This document shows, piece after piece, positions 46,432 to 55,541 of a stretch of DNA of 64,000 nt (position 1 is the stretch's first letter; every line of letters begins with the position of its first letter). Under the pieces are notes generated by a model that saw only the letters and a program-made list of their open reading frames with translations, was not told the DNA's origin and did no database searches. Source of the stretch: Candidatus Omnitrophota bacterium (GTDB lineage: Bacteria > Omnitrophota > Gorgyraeia > Duberdicusellales > 4484-171); NCBI GenBank assembly GCA_016935525.1, contig JAFGQU010000004.1, positions 1,314-65,313 of the forward strand. The letters run 5' to 3'. The translations under genes and the position numbers were made by a program.

Positions 46432-47637
46432 ATGAAAAATATCGGTATTATTACCTCGGGCGGGGATTGCGGCGGATTGAACGCGGTCATCAAAGGAGCC
46501 GCCCGAATGGCGCATACACAAGGGCTTTCCTGTTTTGTCATTCCCAACGGATATGCCGGATTATATAATCTTCTTGAATTTGACAAACTGGTCGAACTTA
46601 CTCCCGAACGGATAGATAGTGTCGGAGCGAACATGGCCGGTTCGGAAGCCGGACATTCCCGGGTAAAAGTAAAGAAGATTGAAGACCCGCAAAAATATGA
46701 ACGGATAAAACAGGGCCTTAAAAAATTCAATATCGACGCTTTGATCATCTCCGGCGGTGACGATACCGGTTCGGTAATCGTCGATCTCACTTCTCAAGGG
46801 ATCAAATGCATTCATGCTCCTAAAACCATGGATCTCGACCTTCAGACCTATTCGGTCGGCGGAGACTCCACGATCAACCGGATTGCCACGTTCGCCGAAG
46901 ACTTGAAGACTACCGGAAGGACGCATAACCGGATGATCGTGGTCGAAGTATTCGGAAGATACGCCGGACATACCGCGTTCCGCGGCGGGATCGCCGCCGA
47001 TGCCGACGCGATCCTTATTCCGGAAATACCGATCGATTTCGATATCCTCTACCACCATGCCAAAAAACGTTATTTCCGCCGGATCGAGCAATCCGACGTC
47101 CATGCCGGAACATATCTGATCGTCGTTGCCGAAGGATTAAAGAACGCCGACGGAACCGAACTGTACGATGAGTCGGCCGGGATCGACGCGTTTGGACATA
47201 AAAAGCTCGCCGGAGCCGGAAAATATGTATGCCAGGAACTTTCCAAAAGGTTTAAAGAAGATCCCGAAATAGAAGGGTTGATGAAAAAGACAAAAATGTT
47301 CGTTCCCGGGGTATATAAAATACCCGAGGTCCGTTCGGTCCAGCCGGGACATCTGGTCCGTTCCGGGCACGCTTCCGCCTATGACGTGAATTTCGGGATC
47401 CAGGCCGGCGCGGCAGCGGTACTTTTGCTACTCAACAATATCAACGGAGTGACCGTTTCCAACGTCGAAGGGAAAAAAATCAAATACGTCGCAACGGCTG
47501 AGGCGATCACCCAACGCCATGTGGACCTTGCCGACGTGGTCCTCTATGAAAATATGGGCGTCTGTTTCGGACGGAAAAAAACAAAACTCGATGTGTCTTT
47601 TGAAGAACTTAAAGGACATATTCAGAGATATATGTAA
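46432..47637 (+). CDS. pfp: Phosphofructokinase with the PPi-type signature (GGDDT).
   Basis: Start placed at MKNIGIITSGGDCGGLNAV, with AAGGAG upstream. The track's 46225 start runs through the intergenic palindromes. ISGGDDTGS has Asp at the Gly104-equivalent position, as in PPi-dependent PFKs. Confidence 0.75.
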   Translation: MKNIGIITSGGDCGGLNAVIKGAARMAHTQGLSCFVIPNGYAGLYNLLEFDKLVELTPERIDSVGANMAGSEAGHSRVKVKKIEDPQKYERIKQGLKKFNIDALIISGGDDTGSVIVDLTSQGIKCIHAPKTMDLDLQTYSVGGDSTINRIATFAEDLKTTGRTHNRMIVVEVFGRYAGHTAFRGGIAADADAILIPEIPIDFDILYHHAKKRYFRRIEQSDVHAGTYLIVVAEGLKNADGTELYDESAGIDAFGHKKLAGAGKYVCQELSKRFKEDPEIEGLMKKTKMFVPGVYKIPEVRSVQPGHLVRSGHASAYDVNFGIQAGAAAVLLLLNNINGVTVSNVEGKKIKYVATAEAITQRHVDLADVVLYENMGVCFGRKKTKLDVSFEELKGHIQRYM

Positions 47638-47688
47638 AACACGTCACACGTCACAGGTCACACGACACACGATTTTCAACTTTTATTC

Positions 47689-48033
47689 ATGAAAAAGAAA
47701 GCGAGCGATTATTTTCATCTGGGATGGCACCGGTTTAATTGCGCTCAATCGGTTGCCAAATATTTCCAGGAAAAATTCGGCCTTTCCGAAGACCTGATCG
47801 GATCATATAAAGATAAAGGAAAAGGCGCAGCTCCCGAAGGAATGTGCGGGTCGTTTTTTGCCGCATGCGCGCTTCTTAAGGACCCCGAAGATATCGCGTA
47901 TTTAGAAAAAAAGTTCACCGAAGCCGCCAGCTCGACAAAATGCAAAGAAATACGTACACTGAAAAAAGTCACCTGTAAAGAGACCGTCGATCTTGCCGCC
48001 GATACTCTCGATACGATCCAACACAAAAAATAA
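47689..48033 (+). CDS. C_GCAxxG_C_C-family putative redox-active protein.
   Basis: FNCAQSV..CGSFFAACALL..KC are the signature positions. Confidence 0.55.
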   Translation: MKKKASDYFHLGWHRFNCAQSVAKYFQEKFGLSEDLIGSYKDKGKGAAPEGMCGSFFAACALLKDPEDIAYLEKKFTEAASSTKCKEIRTLKKVTCKETVDLAADTLDTIQHKK

Positions 48034-48037
48034 AACC

Positions 48038-48709
48038 TTACCGGGCATATTCCTCTATTCTTACGATCAGCCGGCCGATATCTTGGGCAATCTCACCCGG
48101 CAGGATATCCAGCGTCTCCACGTCCCGTTTAAAAGAACGCAACACCGCGAGGAAACGGTTGACCGCGACCTTGCCTCTCTGAGTACGCAGATGCTCGCTG
48201 TCGACGTCTTTACGTCTTTTCAGAATGAGCGCGGTAAGATCTTTTTTTACTTCATTTACGTCTTTATTTTTCTCAAAAAGATCTTCTTTGACTTTCCTGT
48301 ATTCACTTTCCGGCAAGGCCCGTTTTGCCTTCTGGAGAATATCGACTGTCTCGAAACTAAAAGCGTCCTGCGGTTTTAAAGGACTTTCCGGACGGTTTTC
48401 CTGATCGGAATAAGCCCCCTGATAATCGAGATGTTCATTTTTCAGAAACATATAAGAACGGATAAGTTTCATCGCGGTATGTTTACGGACAAACACTTCT
48501 TTCGCGGTATAGTCATCGAATTTCTCATATCCCCAACGGGCATATAGCTTATTTTCCCAGACAATATGTAGAGCTTTAGCCAGAGCCCGCCAGGAATTTT
48601 TAAAGTCCCGAGTCGCCCGTAACACTTCCTCACGGGCACCTTCGGGGTCGACTATGCCGGAAGGGCCACCATTTCGTTTCACAAGGCTTAAAGAGCCAGA
48701 GGCGTTCAT
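48038..48709 (-). CDS. Hypothetical protein.
   Basis: 223 aa, charged and helical, with no recognisable motif. Confidence 0.3.
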   Translation of the reverse strand: MNASGSLSLVKRNGGPSGIVDPEGAREEVLRATRDFKNSWRALAKALHIVWENKLYARWGYEKFDDYTAKEVFVRKHTAMKLIRSYMFLKNEHLDYQGAYSDQENRPESPLKPQDAFSFETVDILQKAKRALPESEYRKVKEDLFEKNKDVNEVKKDLTALILKRRKDVDSEHLRTQRGKVAVNRFLAVLRSFKRDVETLDILPGEIAQDIGRLIVRIEEYAR

Positions 48710-49036
48710 ACTATATCCTTTCTTTAAAAATATACCTATCGTGTGAATTACTCTTACGGTCTATTGCGGAAGGATATATTATATAAGAAAGAAGCTCCGT
48801 TTATCAAGAACTCAAATTAAATATATTATTGTATGTGAATCATTCAAGATATCTGTTTACACTCAGAGATATTTCACCACGGAGGACACGGAGTTCACAG
48901 AGGGAAAAATGAGAGATTTCGATCTCGGCGTATTGAAGATATTGGATGTATCCCCATCGAATATCCTATGTATTATCTCTGTGGTGAGAACGTATCCATT
49001 CTGTCAACACATCCTCTGAATAACATATTTTATGCA

Positions 49037-49696
49037 CTAAAAATTAAGCTTTATTTTTGTGCCTAACACATGCAGGTCGTTCCACTTCTCGTTTTTTTCG
49101 CTGGTTTCCCAGAGATAAAAAATATCGCCGGATACCTGTTTTGTGATCTTAAAACTTATCCCGCTGAAAAAACGGTTCTTATTCAGGGTTTCGGCATCGA
49201 AATCATAGAATATCTCATCGGCGACAAACGGACGGATCTCAAACCGGGTGAACTTCCAAGGCAGTTTTACCGTAAAATTATTGCGGTAACGCCAATAATC
49301 CTCGGCATCTTCCCGTTCGCGGTACTCAAACCGGCTGCGATCGCTCAAAGAGAAACCGAACCGGCTCCACTTTACCGTCGCGTTCAGATGAGGCTGACTA
49401 TCATCTTTCCACCGGCTGTTTCTCTCTTCCCGTACATAACGGTAATTGACGCCGACATCCAGCCATGACGCTATCCCGGAATATACCACCCCCAAATCGG
49501 AATGCTGATAATAAATATTCCCGCCGTCATCGCCGAACCGGAGTTCTTCCTCCAGAGTAACCTTCCAGTTTTCATTTACTTTCCAGGATATACTTTCGTT
49601 ATTCCAATATTGGAAATCGCCGTCGTCAAAAGCGGCACAATCAGAGAGAAAAAACACCGAAAAGAAAAGTAATACGCCTATACCATAGAATCGCTT
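49037..49696 (-). CDS. DUF2490-like outer-membrane beta-barrel protein.
   Basis: Start placed at MKRFYGIGVLLFF (signal peptide). W/Y-rich beta-strands and a C-terminal F. Confidence 0.45.
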   Translation of the reverse strand, partial: KRFYGIGVLLFFSVFFLSDCAAFDDGDFQYWNNESISWKVNENWKVTLEEELRFGDDGGNIYYQHSDLGVVYSGIASWLDVGVNYRYVREERNSRWKDDSQPHLNATVKWSRFGFSLSDRSRFEYREREDAEDYWRYRNNFTVKLPWKFTRFEIRPFVADEIFYDFDAETLNKNRFFSGISFKITKQVSGDIFYLWETSEKNEKWNDLHVLGTKIKLNF

Positions 49697-49704
49697 CATA
49701 GCAA

Positions 49705-50571
49705 TTACCCCCGTACGGTTTGAATGATACTCCACGCTCCTAACACGATGGTAAGTGCCGCGATAGTCAATTTCAACTTTTTCTCGGTGATTTTTTTTAC
49801 GCTTTTTGCGGAAAAAGGCACCGAACATATCGCTCCGATAATAATAAACGGAGCTAATTGAAAGTCCAAAGGTTTCTTCGAAACCAGCACATACGTAAGG
49901 ATACCCACGGCGCAGGTGATCCCTTCGGCTAAAGACGTAATGCCTACGGCGCTTTTACCTTCCACTCCGGATAATATCTGGCCGCTGGTGACCACCGGTC
50001 CGTACCCGCCGCCGCTTATTCCCTTATTAAAAGAAGCCAGGACCCCTAACCCGATGATTTTACTCCAGGAAAATCTAAAGTCTTTATTGAAACAGATCAG
50101 GATCACTACGCCCATCATAAATACCAGGACGCCGATATAGAGTTTTATCCAGAATTTAGGAAGATTAAGCGCGATGAACACGGCAATGACCGTTCCGACG
50201 ACACTGCATAACGCTAACAGCAACGCCACCTTAAGATGCGGAGGGACTCCCCTCCGGAAACTCATCGCCGGGCCAAGTTCTCTCAGCCGCCGGGCAATGA
50301 TAAAGGGATCCAAAGTTTTTGGTTTAAGATTGACGTTACCTTCACGATGGTGTAATACTCCGGCCAATAGCCCGCTGAACAACTCCGAAATCAAAACTAC
50401 CGGGACGATCTGTAACGGATTATATCCCATGATCAAAAGCACCGGGGTCAACGTCGTACCATACCCCATTCCTAATGTAGAATCCATATATTCGCAGAAA
50501 AAAGCCAGTATAATCAATCCGAAAATAAAACCTAACGACAATCCTAACATGAAATCCTCCTTTGTGAGCAC
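49705..50571 (-). CDS. TauE/SafE-family sulfite/anion exporter.
   Basis: Two-repeat 4+4 TM architecture with G-rich motifs (GxGGG). Confidence 0.7.
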   Translation of the reverse strand: MLTKEDFMLGLSLGFIFGLIILAFFCEYMDSTLGMGYGTTLTPVLLIMGYNPLQIVPVVLISELFSGLLAGVLHHREGNVNLKPKTLDPFIIARRLRELGPAMSFRRGVPPHLKVALLLALCSVVGTVIAVFIALNLPKFWIKLYIGVLVFMMGVVILICFNKDFRFSWSKIIGLGVLASFNKGISGGGYGPVVTSGQILSGVEGKSAVGITSLAEGITCAVGILTYVLVSKKPLDFQLAPFIIIGAICSVPFSAKSVKKITEKKLKLTIAALTIVLGAWSIIQTVRG

Positions 50572-50613
50572 AGATGATCGCAGATATGCAGCACACAGAT
50601 GATCACAGATATG
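50568..50613. repeat. Direct repeat (2 x about 21 nt) CACAGATGATC[G/A]CAGATATG in the DUF1634-TauE intergenic spacer.
   Basis: Copy 1 is 50568..50588 and copy 2 is 50592..50613. Inverted GATCATC elements follow. Confidence 0.5.
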
Positions 50614-50653
50614 ATATCAGCGATCATCACTCGAACATCGGCGATAGCCTGTC

Positions 50654-50983
50654 TCATCTCATACCTTTAGCTACCAATAAAGCAATCATCGCCACCGGGA
50701 AAAACAGGTCGAAATTTACCACGAAATCAGTATAATAATCCGGTTTGTCGGCGAAATTTTTCATTGTATCTATATGGATAATCTCGTGACATCCCCGAAT
50801 AAAAGCGGCCGAAGCGAAAATGACTGCAGTTACACCGATAAAAATATCTCCCCGCCATAAAAATAACATTCCCACTACACCAAAAATGCCGTTCACATAT
50901 ACGATGGGATTCATTACCACCTCCGTGTATCGCGTCAGCGTAAAGAGCGCCAACATTTTTAAATCACTGTAACCTTTCCTCAA
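50654..50983 (-). CDS. Small membrane protein (DUF1634-like partner of TauE).
   Basis: Three TM helices. Sits immediately upstream of the TauE gene. Confidence 0.4.
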   Translation of the reverse strand: MRKGYSDLKMLALFTLTRYTEVVMNPIVYVNGIFGVVGMLFLWRGDIFIGVTAVIFASAAFIRGCHEIIHIDTMKNFADKPDYYTDFVVNFDLFFPVAMIALLVAKGMR

Positions 50984-51030
50984 TCGCCGTAATCAAGTGC
51001 TGTGGTATACGGCAACAGCACAAAAAAAAA

Positions 51031-51078
51031 GAGGCTAAAAAGCTCTGGAAATCAGAACTCTTTAGCCTCCGGTTGTCC
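51031..51078 (-). terminator. Rho-independent terminator on the minus strand.
   Basis: 9-bp stem gaggctaaa / tttagcctc with a 21-nt loop, followed on the minus strand by a run of nine T. Confidence 0.6.
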
Positions 51079-51314
51079 GGTCAGCCATTTTTAGTCGTTA
51101 GTCTATGGTCGATAGTCTCTAGTTCACGTGTTAGCCCGTGCTCGCGTTACTCCGCTGAAGTGAACGATGAAACGAGGGACGTTCGCTCATTTTATTCACT
51201 GAGACGACCGCTCACATCGTTCGCTAGGACGCATCATTCGTCCTTCGTCCGAATGACCAAAGGGAATGGTCGTCCTTCGTGTTTTCACCGTATAAGAACG
51301 GGTCTAACGGAAAA
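51079..51314 (-). ncRNA. Candidate structured RNA, 3'UTR or attenuator region between the DUF2292 gene and the terminator. It carries a 20-mer identical to one at 17685..17704.
   Basis: Multiple local helices (gttcac..gtgaac, gaacg..cgttc, ggacg..cgtcc, gacca..tggtc). A direct repeat tcgtccttcgt occurs twice. No credible ORF. Confidence 0.3.
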
Positions 51315-51503
51315 TTACCGTACTCTCAACTTGTTTATTTTATCGATCTGTACGATCTTCCCGTCCTGGATATGGATCTGGACCGATCCGTAACGTATCT
51401 CTTCCAATGCCCGGGCGATATCGCACAAGATACTGTTCTGCATATGGACCTCTTTTCCGGAACCATTTTTTTTATGCAATTCTTTCGACATCCGCATAGA
51501 CAC
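51315..51503 (-). CDS. DUF2292/YezD-family small protein.
   Basis: YGSVQIHIQDGKIVQIDK matches the YezD signature. Confidence 0.5.
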   Translation of the reverse strand: MSMRMSKELHKKNGSGKEVHMQNSILCDIARALEEIRYGSVQIHIQDGKIVQIDKINKLRVR

Positions 51504-51504
51504 G

Positions 51505-51906
51505 TTACACTAAATCGGAAAGTCTCAGTTTTTCGAGGCGGTCCGAGACATAATCCCGTATTTCTTTTAAGACCCGCAATATCTTTTTTTCCTTTTCCAA
51601 AGGCGTATGCGCGTAAAAATATTTACTTACCGACTCACTCGGGGCAAGCGCACCGTCCATCAACCTGGCGATCTCGGCCACACTTATCCTGCCGGCGGAT
51701 TTGGAAAGTCTATACCCGCCGTGAGCGCCGCGTTTAGTCTTTACATAGCGGGCCTGTTTAAGGATAAGGAACAGCTGTTCCAGGTATTTCTTGGAAATAT
51801 CGTACTCGGCGCAGATATCCTCGATCTTTATATACTCGTCTTTCTCGTGACGGGCGATATAGATCAACGCCAGCAATAAATATTCGCTTTTGGTGGTAAG
51901 CCTCAT
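51505..51906 (-). CDS. Rrf2-family transcriptional regulator.
   Basis: MRLTTKSEYLLLALIYIA N-terminal HTH. Start chosen at the Rrf2-typical Met, since the track extends 12 codons further. Confidence 0.65.
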   Translation of the reverse strand: MRLTTKSEYLLLALIYIARHEKDEYIKIEDICAEYDISKKYLEQLFLILKQARYVKTKRGAHGGYRLSKSAGRISVAEIARLMDGALAPSESVSKYFYAHTPLEKEKKILRVLKEIRDYVSDRLEKLRLSDLV

Positions 51907-52062
51907 TTGTCTACTTTGTTTATAGAGATTATAGACTAACATGTCCGGCTTGTCAAATTATTTTTCAGAACTCTCTGATTACGGTGATTTCTCTGGGCAA
52001 ATATTGCCCAATACCCCTTCCCTCTTTCGGGAGAAGGGATGGAAGATCCGGCGGGATTTTTA

Positions 52063-52365
52063 TTATTTCACTAATACCAGGAGCATTTTGAATCTTTCGG
52101 GCGCGTGGAGACTGTGGGGCTTATGGGCCGGCATAACGATCATCTGGCCCTCTACCGCCTTATGCACTTCTTTGTCAATGGTGATCTCGGCGCACCCGTC
52201 TAAAATATACACTAACGCGTCAAACGGCGCGGTATGTTCGCTTAATCCCTGGCCTTTATCGAACGCGAATACCGTGACGGTGCCGGTCGTTTTTTTGATG
52301 ATCTCTTTACTCACGACCGCGCCGGCCTGATAACTTACCAGATCTTTTAGATTCTCCGCATTCAT
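52063..52365 (-). CDS. Cupin-domain protein.
   Basis: Two-motif cupin layout (G(X)5H..E and H..H) in a small beta-barrel. Confidence 0.55.
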   Translation of the reverse strand: MNAENLKDLVSYQAGAVVSKEIIKKTTGTVTVFAFDKGQGLSEHTAPFDALVYILDGCAEITIDKEVHKAVEGQMIVMPAHKPHSLHAPERFKMLLVLVK

Positions 52366-52475
52366 ATTATTCCTTTCTTTTTTCGTCTGTGAAATGTGCT
52401 GCGCTTTTCTTACGAAAAAGCCATAGTCACACGTTTATTAAATCCTATCAGCCTTACAGGTTACCGAAGACGGAT

Positions 52476-52853
52476 TCATTTTTTCCGGCGGCGCGGCTTT
52501 TTAGCTTTACGTTTTTTTCTGATTTCCTCTAAATAAGCGTCCAGCGCCTGAGGAGTAGAAAGAAGAATTTCATAAAACGGGCCGTGGTGTTCGCACTCAG
52601 CCTGAGTATACCGGCGGCACCGGCTGGGCCGTTGTTCATAGATCGCGCAACGATTGTCTTTGGTCAGATACATACAGTCACTTTCGATAAGCTGGTACCA
52701 TCGCCGGTGGCGGATGAACACTTTTACTTTCTCAAACTGAAGCTGCCATTTTAGATCTTCGATCTCGGTTTTGGTGACCGGACGGTATATCTGAATCGCG
52801 AGGTTACGGCAGCAAAGCGCGGCGCATGTTCGGCATAAACTATGTACAGACAT
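52476..52853 (-). CDS. YkgJ/UPF0153-family CxxCxxCC protein, the second copy in the window.
   Basis: CRTCAALCC motif. Lys/Arg-rich C-terminus. Confidence 0.55.
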   Translation of the reverse strand: MSVHSLCRTCAALCCRNLAIQIYRPVTKTEIEDLKWQLQFEKVKVFIRHRRWYQLIESDCMYLTKDNRCAIYEQRPSRCRRYTQAECEHHGPFYEILLSTPQALDAYLEEIRKKRKAKKPRRRKK

Positions 52854-52907
52854 GGCGGTTACTTTATGTACCTGCTATCTGAGGCGGGTCGAGCCGGAAA
52901 TACAGTG

Positions 52908-53051
52908 GAAATATGCTCAACTCCGTTTCGCGAAATATACCCCTACGGGGTGAAAGAAGTTCGCTTCGTTCACGAAATTGCGGGAAATAGATTGTAACAA
53001 TGTATTCCCATATATTTCTATATCTTTCGCGAGCGTAAGCGAGCATATTTC
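52908..53051. repeat. Inverted pair of motif-M copies (52908..52940 on the minus strand, 53019..53051 on the plus strand) separated by about 78 bp.
   Basis: Each copy is 30/33 or more identical to 22464..22496. The internal palindrome TTTCGCGAAA is conserved in the minus-strand copy. Confidence 0.45.
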
Positions 53052-53064
53052 AATTCGTTAAGTT

Positions 53065-53571
53065 TTATTGGACCGAAACGATCTTTACGTCAAACTCCAA
53101 AGTCTTACCGGCTAACGGATGGTTCAGATCAAGTATTACCGCATCTTCTTTTACGTCGGTTACGCGAATAGGCACTTGCTGGCCGGTATTGGTCTTCATC
53201 TGCAGATACATTCCCGGTTTCACATTGACATCCGGCGGTAAAGACGTTTTAGGGATCTCTTTCACCGCTTCGGGATTAAATACGCCGTATCCTTCTTCGG
53301 GAGATACGGTGATCTTCTTTTCGTCTCCGGCTTTCATCCCGGCTAACTGTTTGGCAAGACCGGGGATGATCTGTCCGGTTCCTTGAGTATACTCAAAAGG
53401 ACCGCGTCCTTTCGAGGTATCGACTACTTCACCGTCAACCGTGAGGGTATACTCAAAGCTGACCTTACTTCCGTCTTTAATACTCATCTTCTTTGCCCCT
53501 TTCACTTGCTGCGCACCCATCAATACCATAATAACCAGTCCTAACCATAGAATACGTCTTGCCATTTTCAT
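53065..53571 (-). CDS. FKBP-type peptidyl-prolyl cis-trans isomerase with a signal peptide.
   Basis: GQIIPGLAKQLAGMKAGDEKKITVSPEEGYG FKBP core. Signal peptide MKMARRILWLGLVIMVLMGA. Confidence 0.8.
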   Translation of the reverse strand: MKMARRILWLGLVIMVLMGAQQVKGAKKMSIKDGSKVSFEYTLTVDGEVVDTSKGRGPFEYTQGTGQIIPGLAKQLAGMKAGDEKKITVSPEEGYGVFNPEAVKEIPKTSLPPDVNVKPGMYLQMKTNTGQQVPIRVTDVKEDAVILDLNHPLAGKTLEFDVKIVSVQ

Positions 53572-53717
53572 AACTTTATCCTTTCTGTTAGAGTGCGATT
53601 TTAAAGAAAACAGTACAAAGCGCAGTTATCTCAAAGCTCTGCGGCATCGAGGTAGCCAAGCTTTTTACTATTCTACCGGATTACGTCTTTTTGTCAACTC
53701 GACCGGCCGGCTAAAAT

Positions 53718-54611
53718 TTACGCGGCTTCTTTCTTTTTATCAAATATCCCCGCCGGAGTATATCCGCCGGAGTCCACTCTCAGACGAGGTAACGGCAGTC
53801 CTGCTTCTTTAAACTTTTTGATCAATTTTTCTCTGATCTCACAACGCAGATCCCAGGTCACGGGGGCATTGGCGCCTTTCCCCAGGATCCTTATTACCAT
53901 ACTCTTTTCGGTAAAGTCCACGACCTGTACGGCCGCGACCTTCTCTGCGGTCGAAAAAGCGCTTTCGTGTACGATCTCTTTTACCCATTTTCTTATCATA
54001 TCCACATCACAGGTATAATCGACATACAGCATTACGACCCCTAAGAGCGAAGGATCTTTTATCGTCCAGTTCTGAATCACTTTTTTTGAAAGGACATCAT
54101 TGGGTACGATGATACGGCGGTTATCCCAGGTACGGATAATGGTATTCATAAGCGAAATCTCTTCGATCCACCCAAAATCGTCCTCAAAGATCACCGCGTC
54201 GTTCAGCCTTACCGGCTGGGCGAATGAGATGGAAATGCCGGCGATGATATTGGAAAGCGAGTTCTGAGCCGCCATGCCGATCACGACACCGGCGATACCG
54301 GCGGACGCCAACAGTCCGGTCCCGATATTACGCATCGCCTCGAATTGAAGCAGGAAAAGAATAAACGCAAAAAAGTAGATACCTACCGACAGGATCCTCC
54401 GGGTGATCAGAAATTTTGTTTCTATCGAAGAGATATCCGCGGACCTCTTTTTTTCCAATTCGCCGATAAGCTGCGTATACCAGCGGGATAAGAAAACGCG
54501 TAATATCCGCGTGATGATTACCGCGGCGATAAAAATAAGAAGCGTAGTCAACACTTTAGGTATCACCTGTTCGTTCATCGATAAAACGTATTCCTGTAAT
54601 CTTTGCCACAT
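53718..54611 (-). CDS. MscS-family mechanosensitive channel.
   Basis: Three TM helices followed by a beta-domain, with the conserved pore helix G..A..G pattern. Confidence 0.75.
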   Translation of the reverse strand: MWQRLQEYVLSMNEQVIPKVLTTLLIFIAAVIITRILRVFLSRWYTQLIGELEKKRSADISSIETKFLITRRILSVGIYFFAFILFLLQFEAMRNIGTGLLASAGIAGVVIGMAAQNSLSNIIAGISISFAQPVRLNDAVIFEDDFGWIEEISLMNTIIRTWDNRRIIVPNDVLSKKVIQNWTIKDPSLLGVVMLYVDYTCDVDMIRKWVKEIVHESAFSTAEKVAAVQVVDFTEKSMVIRILGKGANAPVTWDLRCEIREKLIKKFKEAGLPLPRLRVDSGGYTPAGIFDKKKEAA

Positions 54612-54650
54612 AGGTTCTCCCCCTCTTTGTCACACGTTCGGTGTTACGAT

Positions 54651-55541
54651 CTATTTATTGCCCGCTAAACGATCTATCGCCGGAGTGAGCTGCACATGGA
54701 CGTCCTGTTGCGGAAAAGGTACAGTGATCTTTTCACGACGGAACGATTCATCGATCGCGTAATTGATCTGGCTGCGCAGGAGATATTGTTTTTCCGGTTT
54801 CTCGGTCCAGATTAAAAGGTCAAAATCAAGCGATGAGTTTCCGAACCGCAAGAACCATACGTCCGGCGCCGGAGTATCCAGCACATCGGGATGGTTACGG
54901 GCAACCGCCAGTAATGTTTCTTTTACTTTCGGGATATCTGAACCGTAAGCTACCCCGACCGGACAATGTATCCGTACCCGCGTATCGCCGTAGGCCCAAT
55001 TGGTCACCTGATTTTCGATGAATTTAGCGTTAGGGACGATGATCGAAACGTTATCGAGCGTATTAATCACGGTCGCCCGCATGTTCACATTCGATACGAT
55101 ACCCACCTTATCCTCAATACTGATAAAATCACCTACTCCGACCGGCCGTTCGATAAGCAGAATCAATCCGGAAATAAAATTAGAAGTGAGATTTTGAAGC
55201 CCGAATCCGATACCTACCCCTAAAAACCCGAACATCACGGTAAGGCTGCCCAGGTTTATACCGATAAACTGGGTCGCCAGGATCAATCCCAGTACGATAA
55301 CCGTATAATGGGCAATACGTTGAAACGCATACGTCATCGCATCGGAAAAATGGAGACTCTTTTTGAGCCGTATCGCGATAAGCCGACGCACGACGCCGGA
55401 GATGACCAGTGAAAAAAGAAACACGAACAGGCCGCTGGTGATACCGCCTAAGGTCACCGGCCCGCCGCCGATATAGATGATCGGCGTATTTATCCATTGA
55501 AGAAGTGTTCCAAAAAACTCGTTCATAATTTCCCCCAGCAC
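54651..55541 (-). CDS. MscS-family mechanosensitive channel, a tandem paralogue.
   Basis: Same architecture as the preceding MscS. GFGLQNLTSNFISG pore region. Confidence 0.75.
   Translation of the reverse strand: MLGEIMNEFFGTLLQWINTPIIYIGGGPVTLGGITSGLFVFLFSLVISGVVRRLIAIRLKKSLHFSDAMTYAFQRIAHYTVIVLGLILATQFIGINLGSLTVMFGFLGVGIGFGLQNLTSNFISGLILLIERPVGVGDFISIEDKVGIVSNVNMRATVINTLDNVSIIVPNAKFIENQVTNWAYGDTRVRIHCPVGVAYGSDIPKVKETLLAVARNHPDVLDTPAPDVWFLRFGNSSLDFDLLIWTEKPEKQYLLRSQINYAIDESFRREKITVPFPQQDVHVQLTPAIDRLAGNK

Noticed and set aside
48909-49019. 36-aa plus-strand small ORF (MRDFDLGVLKILDVSPSNILCIISVVRTYPFCQHIL) with GAGGGAAAA upstream, in an AT-rich 330-bp spacer.
   Set aside because: It cannot be supported without conservation data. 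It may be real but is unverifiable here.
51073-51393. 106-aa plus-strand ORF across the structured intergenic region.
   Set aside because: It is Ser/Arg-rich, has no RBS, and overlaps the DUF2292 gene. The region is better explained as structured RNA.
51941-52330. 129-aa plus-strand ORF.
   Set aside because: It overlaps the minus-strand cupin gene, which has a recognisable fold pattern, and it has no motifs.
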